Positions 1-10,455 of a DNA stretch of 64,000 nucleotides are shown here, piece after piece. Origin of the DNA: an uncultured Acidobacteriota bacterium. GTDB lineage: Bacteria; Acidobacteriota; UBA6911. The notes below the pieces were generated by a model. It did not search any database, was not told where the DNA came from, and worked only from the letters and a program-made list of their open reading frames with translations. Where the stretch lies: the NCBI GenBank assembly GCA_963809485.1, contig CAWEJX010000008.1, positions 256,001 to 320,000 of the forward strand. The letters are read 5' to 3'. The position numbers and the translations under genes are program-made. Within the stretch, counting starts at the first letter, position 1. The number at the start of each line of letters is the position of its first letter.

Positions 1-887
1 GTTGTGACTGACGATGAATGTCTGTATGCCCGTCACTCCGTATTCGGCGGGCACGGCGATGAGCGCGAACCCGCCAATCATCATTCCTTTGATAATGTAG
101 TCAAGTTCACCCATGGGCGCCGCGGAGCCCTGGCCCTTCAGAAGCCGGAAATAGTAGCCGCTGTAGGCCGATCCCGGACTCAGCGAGTAGCCTTCCTCGA
201 TCGCTTTCGCTACACTCTTTGCTGATCGGACCGCCCGGCGTGCCGTCGGCATTCTCCCAATACAAACCATCCTGCTTGCCGGGAGCGCTGATGAGCTTTT
301 GCGCATACTGATTAATTCCGGAATTGTCATGAATTGTCGATGCATATTCCAGTTCCGCTTCCACGAATCCACGGCATACCTCGATCGCATTCAGCTCGTT
401 GGCCCCAATGCGCCGGTAGAGTATCTCGTCATGGCCGGCCTTGGAGTCGAAGTACCATTTGCCCTCCCGCTTGACAATCGGAATTGGCATCGGCCAATCC
501 AGCTTTCCTACCGAGAGAATTTAGCGGTTCTTGTCCGAAGGATCTTTTGCAGGGACTGCTTTTCGCGAGCCGCTCTCCGCGAATGCCGTTGCGTTGTTCT
601 TATCCAGAACAGGATCTTCCGTGCTCACCAGGCTCTTGCCATCGGGCCCGAGAATTTCCAGCAGCGCAGGCAAATCATAGCTCTCCGCCGCTTTAATCAG
701 CGCTTCGGCTGCTTCCTTCGGCTTGGCAAATCCCTTCTGCGCAACCGCTGCCGGTTCGCTTGACTGCTGCGGCTGCGCCTGACAGGATTGCCGGAAGACA
801 GAACAGCGCAGCCATGAGTACGGCAAGAACAAGTTTATTTTCTATATGGATCGATGATTTTGATTTCATATCTTTTCCCTCAGTCAT
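1..887 (-). CDS. DUF2950 family periplasmic protein, split by frameshifts and running off the window start
   Basis: Fragments 693-887 (signal peptide), 521-832 (QKGFAKPKEAAEALIKAA...LLEILGPDG) and 107-490 (PIPIVKREGKWYFDSKAGHDEILYRRIGANELNAI...YAQKLIS..GKQDGLYW) join into a DUF2950-like protein. It lies downstream of DUF3300, the usual pairing. Confidence 0.8.
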
Positions 888-890
888 GGC

Positions 891-2239
891 TCACTTACCT
901 CCGTCCACCGCCGCCGCCGCGGCCCCCTCCACCGCCTCCGCAGCTTCGGCACCGCCTCCGAAGCTGGAAGAGCCTCTGCTGCTGCTGGATCGAGCGGAAC
1001 TTCCGCTGGTGCGATTCGAGGCGCCGCCGAATGCGCTGCTGCTTCGGCTGCTGGAAGAGGGAGAGACACTCCGATTTCCGACGCGGTCTCCTCCTGAACT
1101 GCCGACGGCTTCTATCCATGGAGCCGGCGCTGGCTCCACTCCGGCTGCCGCCATAGTTTCCTGAGCCGCGATCCATCGTGCCGGACTGATACCCTGCCCC
1201 CCTGTTGGCCGATGCTCTGGCGTGCACTTGCCTGGCGCGTTGCGACTGGAATCACCGCGGGCGGAGCCACCATATTTATTTGCCGTGGCGCGATCCGAGT
1301 AAGGCGCAGCACCGCGATGTTGCGAATTGTGCTGCCACTTGCTATTGCCGCTGCCCACGTTCGTCCTGTTGCCGCTGCCGCTGTTGATGGTATTATCGCC
1401 CCTGTTGATATTGGTGTTCCGGTTGAAATCATTGTTGATATCTATGTCGATATCATTGTGGCCCCAGCCGCAACCCCAGCCCCAGCCTCCGCCCCAGGCG
1501 GCCCCCATCGCGATGCCGACACCGAAGGAAATCGCCATCCCTGCAGCGTAATAGCCCGCCGGAGGATAATAAATTGGAGGGTACGGGTAAATGGGCGGGC
1601 CATAGACATATACGGGATCGTAGCTGGGAACATAGACGACCTGGGGATTAGCCTGTTCCACCACGATTACGGTTTTGGTTTCTACCACCTTGGTCTCAAC
1701 CTTTTGCTGCTCGGTGGTTTTCAGGTTTCCCTTATCCGCGGCCTTCTTTGCGCATGCGTTGCACCGCATCCATAACATCGGCTTGTTGCGCCAGAAAGGC
1801 ATTGCCCGAGATCGGTAGTCCACCGTATGTCATCCGCCAGCCGCTTGACCACGTCGGGAAGCGCAGCCATGGCCTGGATGCTTGGGTCCCAGTTCTGCTT
1901 CTTGACAGCATCCGCCAGGGCCTGGTCCTTCAAATCCTTATTCTTCGCCAGCCATTGCTGAAGCTGGATGATTTCCAGCGGATAGGTCGAAGCGGCAAGC
2001 ACCTGCGCCAGAAGAGGATCCGGATAAAGCGCGATCGGCGCTACCAGAGAGTCCAACTGGTCTGCAGGAATCTTGACGGCGGTCTCCGGAGCAGGCGTCG
2101 TTGGCGTTGTTTGTGTTGTTGCCTGCTGCGCCGCCCAGGATAGTGAATTCCCGGGAACGAGCAATGCGGCGCATAATAGCGCCACAAGACAGCGGGAAGC
2201 ATGATTCATGAAGCAGAGTCGAACACTTTTGGGATTCAT
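891..2239 (-). CDS. DUF3300 domain protein with Gly/Ser/Arg-rich tail (frameshifted near 1800 and in the tail)
   Basis: QLDSLVAPIALYPDPLLAQVLAASTYPLEI, WDPSIQAM, GNLKTTEQQKV and ANPQVVYVPSYDP motifs across ORFs 1721-2239 and 891-1823. Confidence 0.85.
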
Positions 2240-2414
2240 GGTGTACTCCTGTCTAATCGATGATCAATGAACCCGTCCCATCAGGCAACTGTAAGTTTTT
2301 ACAGACGGATTCCAAGCCTTCTGCAGACCCGGTTTCCGCAATTTCTCCCGGATGCCTATTGGATGATCATACCCAATCGAGGCTCTATTCCAGAGAATAC
2401 CGTGTCGCCCCTTT

Positions 2415-2656
2415 GGTCATGTTTATCAAGCTAAGGGCCAGATTCCGGCCGCGGAGCGGCCGCCTGAATTTAGGCCGTCCTTTCAAGGCCGGCACATAGT
2501 CGGAGGAGAAATCGAGTCGCGTTAGCGACCCCTGAATTCAGTCGTCGCTGGTGCGACGGACCCTGTCCCTCCTTGCTGCATGGGCCTTAAAAGGCCCGGC
2601 TACATTCAACTTGCCGCTACGCGGCAATAAATCCTCATCGCTTGATGCGCATGCCC
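2415..2656. repeat. REP-like palindrome cassette with imperfect terminal inverted repeats (MITE-like)
   Basis: Same inner order of palindromes as 18922-19219 and 62264-62561 (GCCGC..GCGGC, CCTTTCAAGGCC, GTCGC..GCGAC x2, GGCCTTAAAAGGCC, GCCGCTACGCGGC). Ends GGTCATGTTTATCAAGC / GCTTGATGCGCATGCCC. Confidence 0.7.
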
Positions 2657-2756
2657 TTTGGGGCTGAGAGTTGAGAGTTTATCAGCATATTGCTTGATTA
2701 TGAATAGCGCCTTCCACCTTCCACATGAAAGCTGCTCGAGATCCAGGGAAATAGGC

Positions 2757-3407
2757 TTACTTGCTGACGAGGCCGGCTTTCTGCAATTCTTTGCCGGCTG
2801 CCTTTATCAGTTCTTGCACAAACTTATGAATGTCCTTCGGATTGGTGGATTCGCTTTGTCCGGCCCAGATCAGCTCGTCCTTGTCGATAGAATATATCAG
2901 GGTTTCCAGCGTGATAACCTTATCGGTCCATGTATATCCCGAGGTGTAGACCGCCGACCATCCGTAGCCCCAATAGTTATAGAAACCCTGATAGTATGGT
3001 TGCGAGTACCACACGGTCGTGGCAGCGGATGAGGTGGTCCTTTCCTCATCTCCAATCAAGCGCACCATGACAACGCCGCTGATTCCGGCTTTTTCAAGGA
3101 ACTGCTTTGATTTTTCCCTGTCCCGGACCAAAGGTCCGGGCAGGATCATGTATCCCGCGATGCAATCAACGCCCCGATTGCGCAGTTCGGCTGCCAGCGT
3201 CTCCTCGCGGCCTTCGCGGAATTCCTCGGCGGGTATGATCACAAATGCCGCCACTTTTTTCCCCCTGAGCTCGGTCAGGCCGGCGCGGGGACTTCGGAAA
3301 ACTGAAACATACTTGGTCGATCCCGCCCACAACAAAGTGCAAGTTTGAATAACGACAAAGAACACCCAAAAGCATTTTTTGATCCGCATCATTTGCATAG
3401 GATCCAT
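2757..3407 (-). CDS. exported hypothetical protein (DUF4136-like C-terminus)
   Basis: Signal peptide, Tyr/Gly/Trp-rich loop and LETLIYSIDKDELIWAGQSESTNP C-terminus. Confidence 0.7.
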   Translation of the reverse strand: MDPMQMMRIKKCFWVFFVVIQTCTLLWAGSTKYVSVFRSPRAGLTELRGKKVAAFVIIPAEEFREGREETLAAELRNRGVDCIAGYMILPGPLVRDREKSKQFLEKAGISGVVMVRLIGDEERTTSSAATTVWYSQPYYQGFYNYWGYGWSAVYTSGYTWTDKVITLETLIYSIDKDELIWAGQSESTNPKDIHKFVQELIKAAGKELQKAGLVSK

Positions 3408-3461
3408 CCGCAGTTTATAGGGGCGGCTCCGGCATTCAGTGTGCGCGATGCCGCTCCAGGA

Positions 3462-3818
3462 TTACTTGATCCAGGCTCTGGCTACATCTATTTCGGAAGG
3501 AGCAAAGAACCGGATATCCATCGATCGCAGGCCCTTCCCCACGAACACCTCGGCCATTTCCTGCCATCTCTTTTCGCCGACCATGGCGATCTTTTCTATC
3601 TGCTCGTCGTATTGCGATTGGAAAGACACATCCCCCCAATTGCCCTTGTTATCCCACCCCTGAAAGCTCTCAATGATTATGAGGATTCTTACTTTGCCTG
3701 CCGATCCCATAGCCTCAATCGCGACTTTTTCCGCCTGCGCAATCTCCGCTCTCTTCAGCAGGCCGCTGATCTTAAGAGTGATGAGGCCTTCCCTGTTCTC
3801 CAGGACTTCGCATGGCAT
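3462..3818 (-). CDS. STAS/SEC14 (SpoIIAA-like) domain protein
   Basis: ITLKISGLL...GKVRILI...FQGWD...IEKIAMVGEKRWQE...IRFF...ARAWI. Start taken at MPCEV after a GGGG RBS. Confidence 0.85.
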   Translation of the reverse strand: MPCEVLENREGLITLKISGLLKRAEIAQAEKVAIEAMGSAGKVRILIIIESFQGWDNKGNWGDVSFQSQYDEQIEKIAMVGEKRWQEMAEVFVGKGLRSMDIRFFAPSEIDVARAWIK

Positions 3819-4025
3819 ATATTCCCCCTTTAGTGAGGCTCTGCGCACGATAAAGATAAAATCTTTTGCCTATGCCGGGGACTGTCAGTTTTGACAGTAA
3901 GTATAAGTTCCCGGGGGGCTTTAGTCAAAGGAAGCAACAAGCAATGTCCTGAATGGGTGCTTGACAGAGAAAGCTTTGTTGGGAGAATATTTTGGGTTGC
4001 CCCGGTCGGGGGAGGCACTGCTGAT

Positions 4026-6260
4026 ATGGATCCAATTGAAGTCTGTTTGCGGTCACTTTTCGCCCACGCGTCGATTGCCGTAAGTGTCAGTCGCGATGGC
4101 GCGATCCTCTATGTCAATAATGCATATCTGAAAATGTTTGGATTCGATCGCCCGGACGAAATCGAAAGCATGCCGGCTGCCGGTCGCTGGTCCCCCGGAT
4201 ATCAGGCATTTATGCGTGAAGACGCTCAGCAAAATTCGAGAGGAAATCCCGCTCCTTCCGAATACGAAGCTCTCGCCTCGAGCAGAGAAGGTTCACAGTT
4301 CCCCGTGCACGTCATCGTGACGACGTTGGATCTTGCAGATGGGCCGGCAATAGTGGAGTTCATCACCGATCTCACCCGGCGCAAACAGGCAGAGCAGGCA
4401 CTGCGGTGGAAGAACCAGAATATTGAGACCATCCCGGATGAAGCACCCATCGGCTTTGCGGTGCACACGATTGATGATGGCGTGGGCCGGATTGTCAGTG
4501 CCCGATTCGAGGAAATTTATGGCGTTCCCCGCGGCACGATAGATTCCCATAGCACTTTTTTTGACAAGGTGTGGCCCTACCATCCGGATTTTCGAGAGCA
4601 GATCCGCAAGCGCGTGGTAGCTGACATGACTTCAGGCGACGTCTCCCGGATGCACTGGGAAAATGTTCCGGTCTGGGACGCCAAAGGCGTAGTCCGCTAC
4701 ATCAACGCAATGAACATTCCTTTGCTGGATCAGAACTTGATGGTTTCCACTGTCCAGGATGCCACGGAACATGTTCGCGCACAGGAGGCGCTGCGGAAAA
4801 GCGAGGAGCGATTCCGCGGCATCTTTGAAAGTTCCATCGAAGGCATCTATTCGAGCTCGTTGGAGGGGAACGTCCTGGCGATGAATCCTGCCATGGCGAA
4901 GATGCTCGGATATGACTCCCCGCAGGCAGCGATCCGAAACATTCGAGATTTGGGCCAACAAATCTGGACAAATCCCCAAGAGCGCTCCTACTATCTCCAA
5001 CGACTCGATGAGCAGGGCGCGGTCCGGGGTTACGAGTGTCAGTTCAGGCGCAAGGACGATACACGGATATGGGTGTCGCTCAATGGCCGCTCCATTCGCG
5101 GTCCCGATGGACAGGTTGCCCACTATTTAATGTCTGCATCAGATGTCACCGAGCGAAAAAACGCGGAGCAGGCCCTGGAAAAGAACCGGAATCTGCTCAT
5201 GCAGATTGAAAGGATCGGAAGGGTCGGCGCGTGGGAGATTGATCTGGCCACGATGAAACTGACATGGACGACCGAGGTCTACGCCATCCATGAGGTTGAT
5301 TCCGCCTACGAACCGACGGTGGAAAAGGCGATCCAGTTCTATACGCCCGCTTCCAGGTCGGTGATTCAGCGGCTGTTGCGCTGGGCTACAGAACAGGGCG
5401 AGCCGTACGATACAGAACTGGAGATTGTTACCGCAAAGGGCAATATCCGCAGCGTTCATGCTATAGGAAAAGCGGACCTGCAGGAGCGCAGGGTTTATGG
5501 TTTCTTCCAGGACATCACCAAGTCGAAGGAGAACGAGCGTGAGATGTCCCAGTTGCGCTTTGAGCTAACGCATCTGGCCCGAGTCCTGACGCTGAACGAG
5601 ATTTCAGGCGCCCTGGCCCACGAAATCAATCAGCCGCTGGGGGCAATCCTGAATAACGCCGAGGCGGCGAGGCTGCTGCTGACCCAAAATCAGGACAATT
5701 GGGTGGAAATGCCCGAAATTGTGGAGGAAATCATTCAAGCCTCCCGGCGGGCAGGGGATGTAGTCCGCAAACTTCGGACCTTGGTAAAAAAAGGCGATAC
5801 GGCGTTCGAGCCTTTGGCCATCAATGTCCTCATCGAGGAAGTCCTGGTTCTGTTGCATAGCACCGTCACCATAAATAATGTTACGCTTCAGCTGGATCTG
5901 AAGCCGGATCTCGCTAATGTCAGAGGAGACCGTATCCGCTTGCAGCAGGTTCTGTTGAACCTCGTAACGAACGCCATCGAGGCCATGAAGGAAGCATCCT
6001 CAAGGGTATTAGCGGTCCGCTCCGCTATGCGGGATACGAATGTGGTTGTTGTCAGCGTAAGCGATTCCGGACCGGGAATCGCCGAGGCCCGGCGAGCGGT
6101 ACTTTACAAGCCATTCTTTACAACAAAAAGGGATGGTCTGGGGCTCGGTTTATCCATCTGCAAATCGATTATAGAGGAACATGGGGGATGGATGTGTGAG
6201 GAGAACAATCCGGCCGGGGGCGCAACATTTTCGTTTTCCCTGAAAGCCTCGCCGCAGTGA
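4026..6260 (+). CDS. multi-PAS sensor histidine kinase (FixL/NtrB-like)
   Basis: Several PAS/PAC repeats, H-box ALAHEINQPL, N-box QQVLLNLVTNA, DSGPG, FFTTKRDGLGLGL. GGAGG precedes ATG 4026. Confidence 0.92.
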   Translation: MDPIEVCLRSLFAHASIAVSVSRDGAILYVNNAYLKMFGFDRPDEIESMPAAGRWSPGYQAFMREDAQQNSRGNPAPSEYEALASSREGSQFPVHVIVTTLDLADGPAIVEFITDLTRRKQAEQALRWKNQNIETIPDEAPIGFAVHTIDDGVGRIVSARFEEIYGVPRGTIDSHSTFFDKVWPYHPDFREQIRKRVVADMTSGDVSRMHWENVPVWDAKGVVRYINAMNIPLLDQNLMVSTVQDATEHVRAQEALRKSEERFRGIFESSIEGIYSSSLEGNVLAMNPAMAKMLGYDSPQAAIRNIRDLGQQIWTNPQERSYYLQRLDEQGAVRGYECQFRRKDDTRIWVSLNGRSIRGPDGQVAHYLMSASDVTERKNAEQALEKNRNLLMQIERIGRVGAWEIDLATMKLTWTTEVYAIHEVDSAYEPTVEKAIQFYTPASRSVIQRLLRWATEQGEPYDTELEIVTAKGNIRSVHAIGKADLQERRVYGFFQDITKSKENEREMSQLRFELTHLARVLTLNEISGALAHEINQPLGAILNNAEAARLLLTQNQDNWVEMPEIVEEIIQASRRAGDVVRKLRTLVKKGDTAFEPLAINVLIEEVLVLLHSTVTINNVTLQLDLKPDLANVRGDRIRLQQVLLNLVTNAIEAMKEASSRVLAVRSAMRDTNVVVVSVSDSGPGIAEARRAVLYKPFFTTKRDGLGLGLSICKSIIEEHGGWMCEENNPAGGATFSFSLKASPQ

Positions 6261-6376
6261 TCCGCGCAAGTGTCTGCAAAATGCCCACGGGTAAAGGCGC
6301 CGGGGCTTCCGTGCTGATGCAGATATCTCTTCGGCAACGATGGCCGGCCAGGCAGAACACCTAAATAAAAAGAAAC

Positions 6377-6766
6377 TCAGGGTTGGGGATCGGACTCCTC
6401 CATTTCTTCCTTGCGAACCAATTCCAGCAGAGAGTCCCCCGAAAACGGCTTCTGAAGAAATCCCACCACGCCGCTTTGTATGGCCCGCTCTCTCGCATCG
6501 GCTTCCATGTATCCCGTCATGAATATCACAGGCATGCTATAGTGCAGATCACGCATTTTCTTTAATAAATCAAAGCCATCACAACCAGGCATGCGAATAT
6601 CAATGACGGCGTAGCCTGGCTGTTCCGGAGGCACAGAATCGATGAAGGATTGGGCCGAGCCGAAGTACTCGGCGCGAAATCCTCTGCAGCTCAGCATCCG
6701 CCTGAGCGACCTGCCGAACGGCAGATCGTCGTCGATAATCCAAAAACAAACGGAGGATTTACCCAT
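6377..6766 (-). CDS. single-domain response regulator (FixJ-like receiver)
   Basis: IIDDD, DIRMPG, FMTG, FLQKPF. Confidence 0.9.
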   Translation of the reverse strand: MGKSSVCFWIIDDDLPFGRSLRRMLSCRGFRAEYFGSAQSFIDSVPPEQPGYAVIDIRMPGCDGFDLLKKMRDLHYSMPVIFMTGYMEADARERAIQSGVVGFLQKPFSGDSLLELVRKEEMEESDPQP

Positions 6767-7078
6767 TTTATTTCTCTGATAGAACCCTGCATGCCGCGCA
6801 AAGGTTGTTTAAGCAATCATAATTTGTACAAGGGCATTGTCGAATACGGATATACAGGCGAATGATGCATCCAAAGACCGAAAAGCGTCCAAAGCAGCAA
6901 CTCTGCCTGCGTCAGTTTATGGAGTGCCGTCCGGCCAGGCATCATTTCCGGAATCAAAATCTGACTGGCATGTCGTGCGGGTACCCCTTGCCCGTACCCG
7001 CACGACACCAACCGCCTTTTTTTCGGCACAGGCCGCTTGTCTGCACTTACATACCGGCACCGAACACTTGTTACTCAA

Positions 7079-7690
7079 CTAAAACTTGATGACTGCACCC
7101 AGCTGGTAGCGTAAGTTATGAAACATTCCGGGGGCGCCGCCGGCGCTTGTCAAATCCTGGATGTCCGAATCAATCAACACGTAATCAAACTGTGCCGGAC
7201 GCAGGGCAAAATTCTTGCCCAGGTTGATATCCACGCCTCCGCCAACAGCCATGGCGTATTGCCACGCAGTATACGAGTTGTAGTTGAATTGGCCGATGTC
7301 ATCGTCCAGTTTTGTGGTGCCTGCACCCAGCAGGACGTGGCCGAATATTGTGACGGGCTTGGTGCGGTAGGAAACCCGCGGCCCAAACAGGATCGTCTGG
7401 ATCCTCGTATCAAGCTTCGGAATAGAATAAACTCGCCCGTCCTGTTGAAAACTATGGGGCCCCGATTCCCCGTGAGTCGCGTTCCACTCCCCGACCAGGC
7501 CGAAATACTTATTGACGTTATACTGCGCGCCGATCCCGTATCCCCACATGGTCTCATTGTCAAGTATATCAACATCAGCAACCAGCATGGACGCCATCCC
7601 TGAAAGCTCGAACTTGGGATAGTCATCCTGAGCATAGACAGAAACAGACGCAATAAACAGCATAGCGACAACTACAAAAACTTTCTTCAT
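7079..7690 (-). CDS. outer membrane beta-barrel protein
   Basis: Signal peptide MKKVFVVV...AQD, alternating beta strands and terminal Phe (LGAVIKF). GGAG RBS before 7690. Confidence 0.8.
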   Translation of the reverse strand: MKKVFVVVAMLFIASVSVYAQDDYPKFELSGMASMLVADVDILDNETMWGYGIGAQYNVNKYFGLVGEWNATHGESGPHSFQQDGRVYSIPKLDTRIQTILFGPRVSYRTKPVTIFGHVLLGAGTTKLDDDIGQFNYNSYTAWQYAMAVGGGVDINLGKNFALRPAQFDYVLIDSDIQDLTSAGGAPGMFHNLRYQLGAVIKF

Positions 7691-7939
7691 CCAATTCTCC
7701 TTTCTAATTTGTAATGACCTCGATAATATGGGCACGATCAGAGCTGAGAAACTGTCAGAACTGACAGGGGTGCTCCCGTTCATGCCTGAACCGGCTGCGA
7801 TCACCGGGTACAAACCGCAATAAATGGAGTTCACCAGCGCTTTTGTCCCCTGTATGCCTGCATTGTCAAATAATGAATCTGCCAATGGTTTAGGTCCCGC
7901 AATAATTCGGGTGGAGGGCTGCTGAATCAACAGCACCCT

Positions 7940-8998
7940 TTAGTATTTCAATCCTACGGAGCGCGGCGAATACAGGTTGAAGTCGAGGGCGTCGGCAAAG
8001 TACTCAATGACCTTCTGAGCCTTTACGCTATTCCCCGCTTCATCAAGCGGCGGAGCAAAAACCGCCATAGCTCCCTTGCCCGGGACGATGGCAACAATTC
8101 CGCCACCGACTCCGCTCTTGGCCGGAAGGCCGACATGCCATGCCCAGCTGCCCGAACCGTCATACAATCCCGCCATCATCATGGTTGAAAGAATGTATGG
8201 GACATTTTCCGCCTTGATGATCTGCTCGCCGGATGCAGGATTCTTGCCGCTGTTCGCCAGCGTTGCCCCCATGCGAGCCAGTTGGGCCACGTTCACGCCA
8301 ACGGAGCACTGCTTGGTGTAGACATCGACTGATTCAAACGGATCGGCGTAGATGCGTTCATATTTCGCCAGCAGCATTGCCAGCGCCTTATTTCCGGTGT
8401 TGGTCGCGGCTTCCGACTTGTAGACCTCGTCGATCAGTTTCAGCTTTGCGCCCGCACACCGGCTGTAATAGTCCAGGATCTTGTTCCACTTCTCATCCGC
8501 CGTCTTTGCGGAAATCAAACTGACGGTAGCGATCGCACCGGCGTTTACAAACGGGTTACCCGTGTGCGTCGGCATGTCCGCAACCGCAAAAACCGAATTA
8601 AAAGCCCGTCCGGTGGGCTCGGATCCGATTTTCTCGAAAACCCTTGCGGCGCCCAATTCGTCCATTGCCATCGCCATGGAGAACACCTTAGAGATCGACT
8701 GAATCGAAAACGAGTAGTCGATATCACCCATTGTCAGGACCTGGTTGTCGGTCGTTACTATCGCAATGCCAAAGAGGTTTGAGGGAACTTTGGCCAGGTA
8801 GGGAATGTAGTCCGCGTTTTTGCCTCCCGGGTCCTTCTTGAATTTGTCGTACGCCTCCCGAACGGCCGCCTCCGCCCTGGCCCTGTTGGGTGCAACCGGG
8901 CTGGACTTCTGAGCAAGGACCGGCAGAGGCGATGACGCAAAAGTCATGACAATAAAAAGTGCGACAAGCATCCGTGTTTGAATTTTTTCCCTCAACAT
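7940..8998 (-). CDS. glsA: glutaminase A with N-terminal signal peptide
   Basis: NADYIPYLA, FSIQSISK (SxxK), EPTGRAFNS, NPFVNAGAI, GLYDGSG, PAKSGVGGG. Confidence 0.93.
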   Translation of the reverse strand: MLREKIQTRMLVALFIVMTFASSPLPVLAQKSSPVAPNRARAEAAVREAYDKFKKDPGGKNADYIPYLAKVPSNLFGIAIVTTDNQVLTMGDIDYSFSIQSISKVFSMAMAMDELGAARVFEKIGSEPTGRAFNSVFAVADMPTHTGNPFVNAGAIATVSLISAKTADEKWNKILDYYSRCAGAKLKLIDEVYKSEAATNTGNKALAMLLAKYERIYADPFESVDVYTKQCSVGVNVAQLARMGATLANSGKNPASGEQIIKAENVPYILSTMMMAGLYDGSGSWAWHVGLPAKSGVGGGIVAIVPGKGAMAVFAPPLDEAGNSVKAQKVIEYFADALDFNLYSPRSVGLKY

Positions 8999-9691
8999 GG
9001 AATTTCCTCCTCCAATATCGACCGATGCGGTTTGGTTGCCTGGCCGATTATTTCATCCGAGCAACTTGGTTTTCGAAACTGTCAAAACTTACAGATAAAG
9101 TCCATTGAGCAGTTCAAGGCATGTCTGGAGATATTAGATCAATTGCTTCAAGGAGATCAGCGGAGGATCGGAAGGCAAGAAAACGGCAAAGAAGGTTGTG
9201 GGGGGGCGGCAGACCAGGCGCCATTGCCGGAGGAATCGCGGGCGGATGCAGGGGAAACTGCTAAAGAACCGACTGTAATAAATGACAGTTTCGCGCTACG
9301 TACCGTTGACCTTAATCTGTGCTTTATGGAATGAGCCAGCCTGTAAAAACCGGTTGGCCGCGGTGCAATTGGGATGCTTGGATAACGGGAAAAGACAGTG
9401 CAAACCATATTCATCCGCATTTATCACATGGCATTGATTTGGAGGCGGAATCCCAGCTGTTCTTCGTGGCATTTCGTGCCTGCCTCCCATGGTTGGCTAA
9501 GTCGGCGGCTACGACTGCCGGTTCTTAAAATTGCAAAATCCGAAAAGGGATTCGCATTGGGGATCGGCAGATCCCGCCGCGCAGCAATAATTGCGAGGGC
9601 GATGGAGAACGTGCAATAATTCCGACAATATTATATTTTGTGCTTCGAACAGGTAACAATAGCTTTCAAATATGGCAAGGAGAATATAAAA

Positions 9692-10237
9692 ATGACCAAC
9701 AGGAGGATGACGCTATTGGCCTTTTTGGGATTGGGCTTCGTGCTCTGTTTCTGCGCGCTTCTACAGGCGCAGGATGTCAAATACAACTATGATCCGGGCA
9801 CGGACTTTTCAAAATTCAAAACCTACAAGTGGGTCGATGTCCCGGATGCCCGGTACCCCGATCAATTGACTTCCAATATGATTAAACAGGCCATCGATGG
9901 ACAGCTGGTGTCGAAAGGGCTAACCAAGACTGAGGACGACAAAGCCGATTTGTATGTCGCCTATCAGATAGCTGTTAGTGAAGAGACGCAGTGGTATGCG
10001 ACAGGATATGGCGGCCGCTATCGTACGATGGGTGGCATGGGAACGGCAACCAGTTCGACTATCAAAATCGGCACGCTGGTTTTGGACATGTACGACGTGA
10101 CGGACAAAAAGCAGGTCTGGCACGGAGATGCCACCAAGACCCTGGACCCAAGCAAGGATCCCAAAAAGAACCAGGAGAAAATGGAAAAAGTTGCCAAGAA
10201 GCTTCTGAAGAACTATCCGCCTCCGGTCAAGAAATAG
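9692..10237 (+). CDS. DUF4136 domain protein
   Basis: NYDPGTDFSKFKTYKW...GTLVLDMYD...QVWHG...KNYPP. Signal peptide and AGGAG RBS. Confidence 0.88.
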   Translation: MTNRRMTLLAFLGLGFVLCFCALLQAQDVKYNYDPGTDFSKFKTYKWVDVPDARYPDQLTSNMIKQAIDGQLVSKGLTKTEDDKADLYVAYQIAVSEETQWYATGYGGRYRTMGGMGTATSSTIKIGTLVLDMYDVTDKKQVWHGDATKTLDPSKDPKKNQEKMEKVAKKLLKNYPPPVKK

Positions 10238-10455
10238 AGGACGTCAGCATGTACGCCTGAGTCTGGCAGCATGACGGCAGCCGAAAAGGCTCGAGGTTTT
10301 TCAGCCTGGCTGTCAGTCATAACTGTCATGGAAAAGGCTCCTTACTGCAGATGGGCACAGAGCTCGGGCTTTCTCTCTAAAGCCTGCGCTTCGCCTCCGC
10401 GAAGTTTGGTGTTCTCCGCGCATCTGCAGCTCGCCCTAATGTGGGAAAAAGGTTC

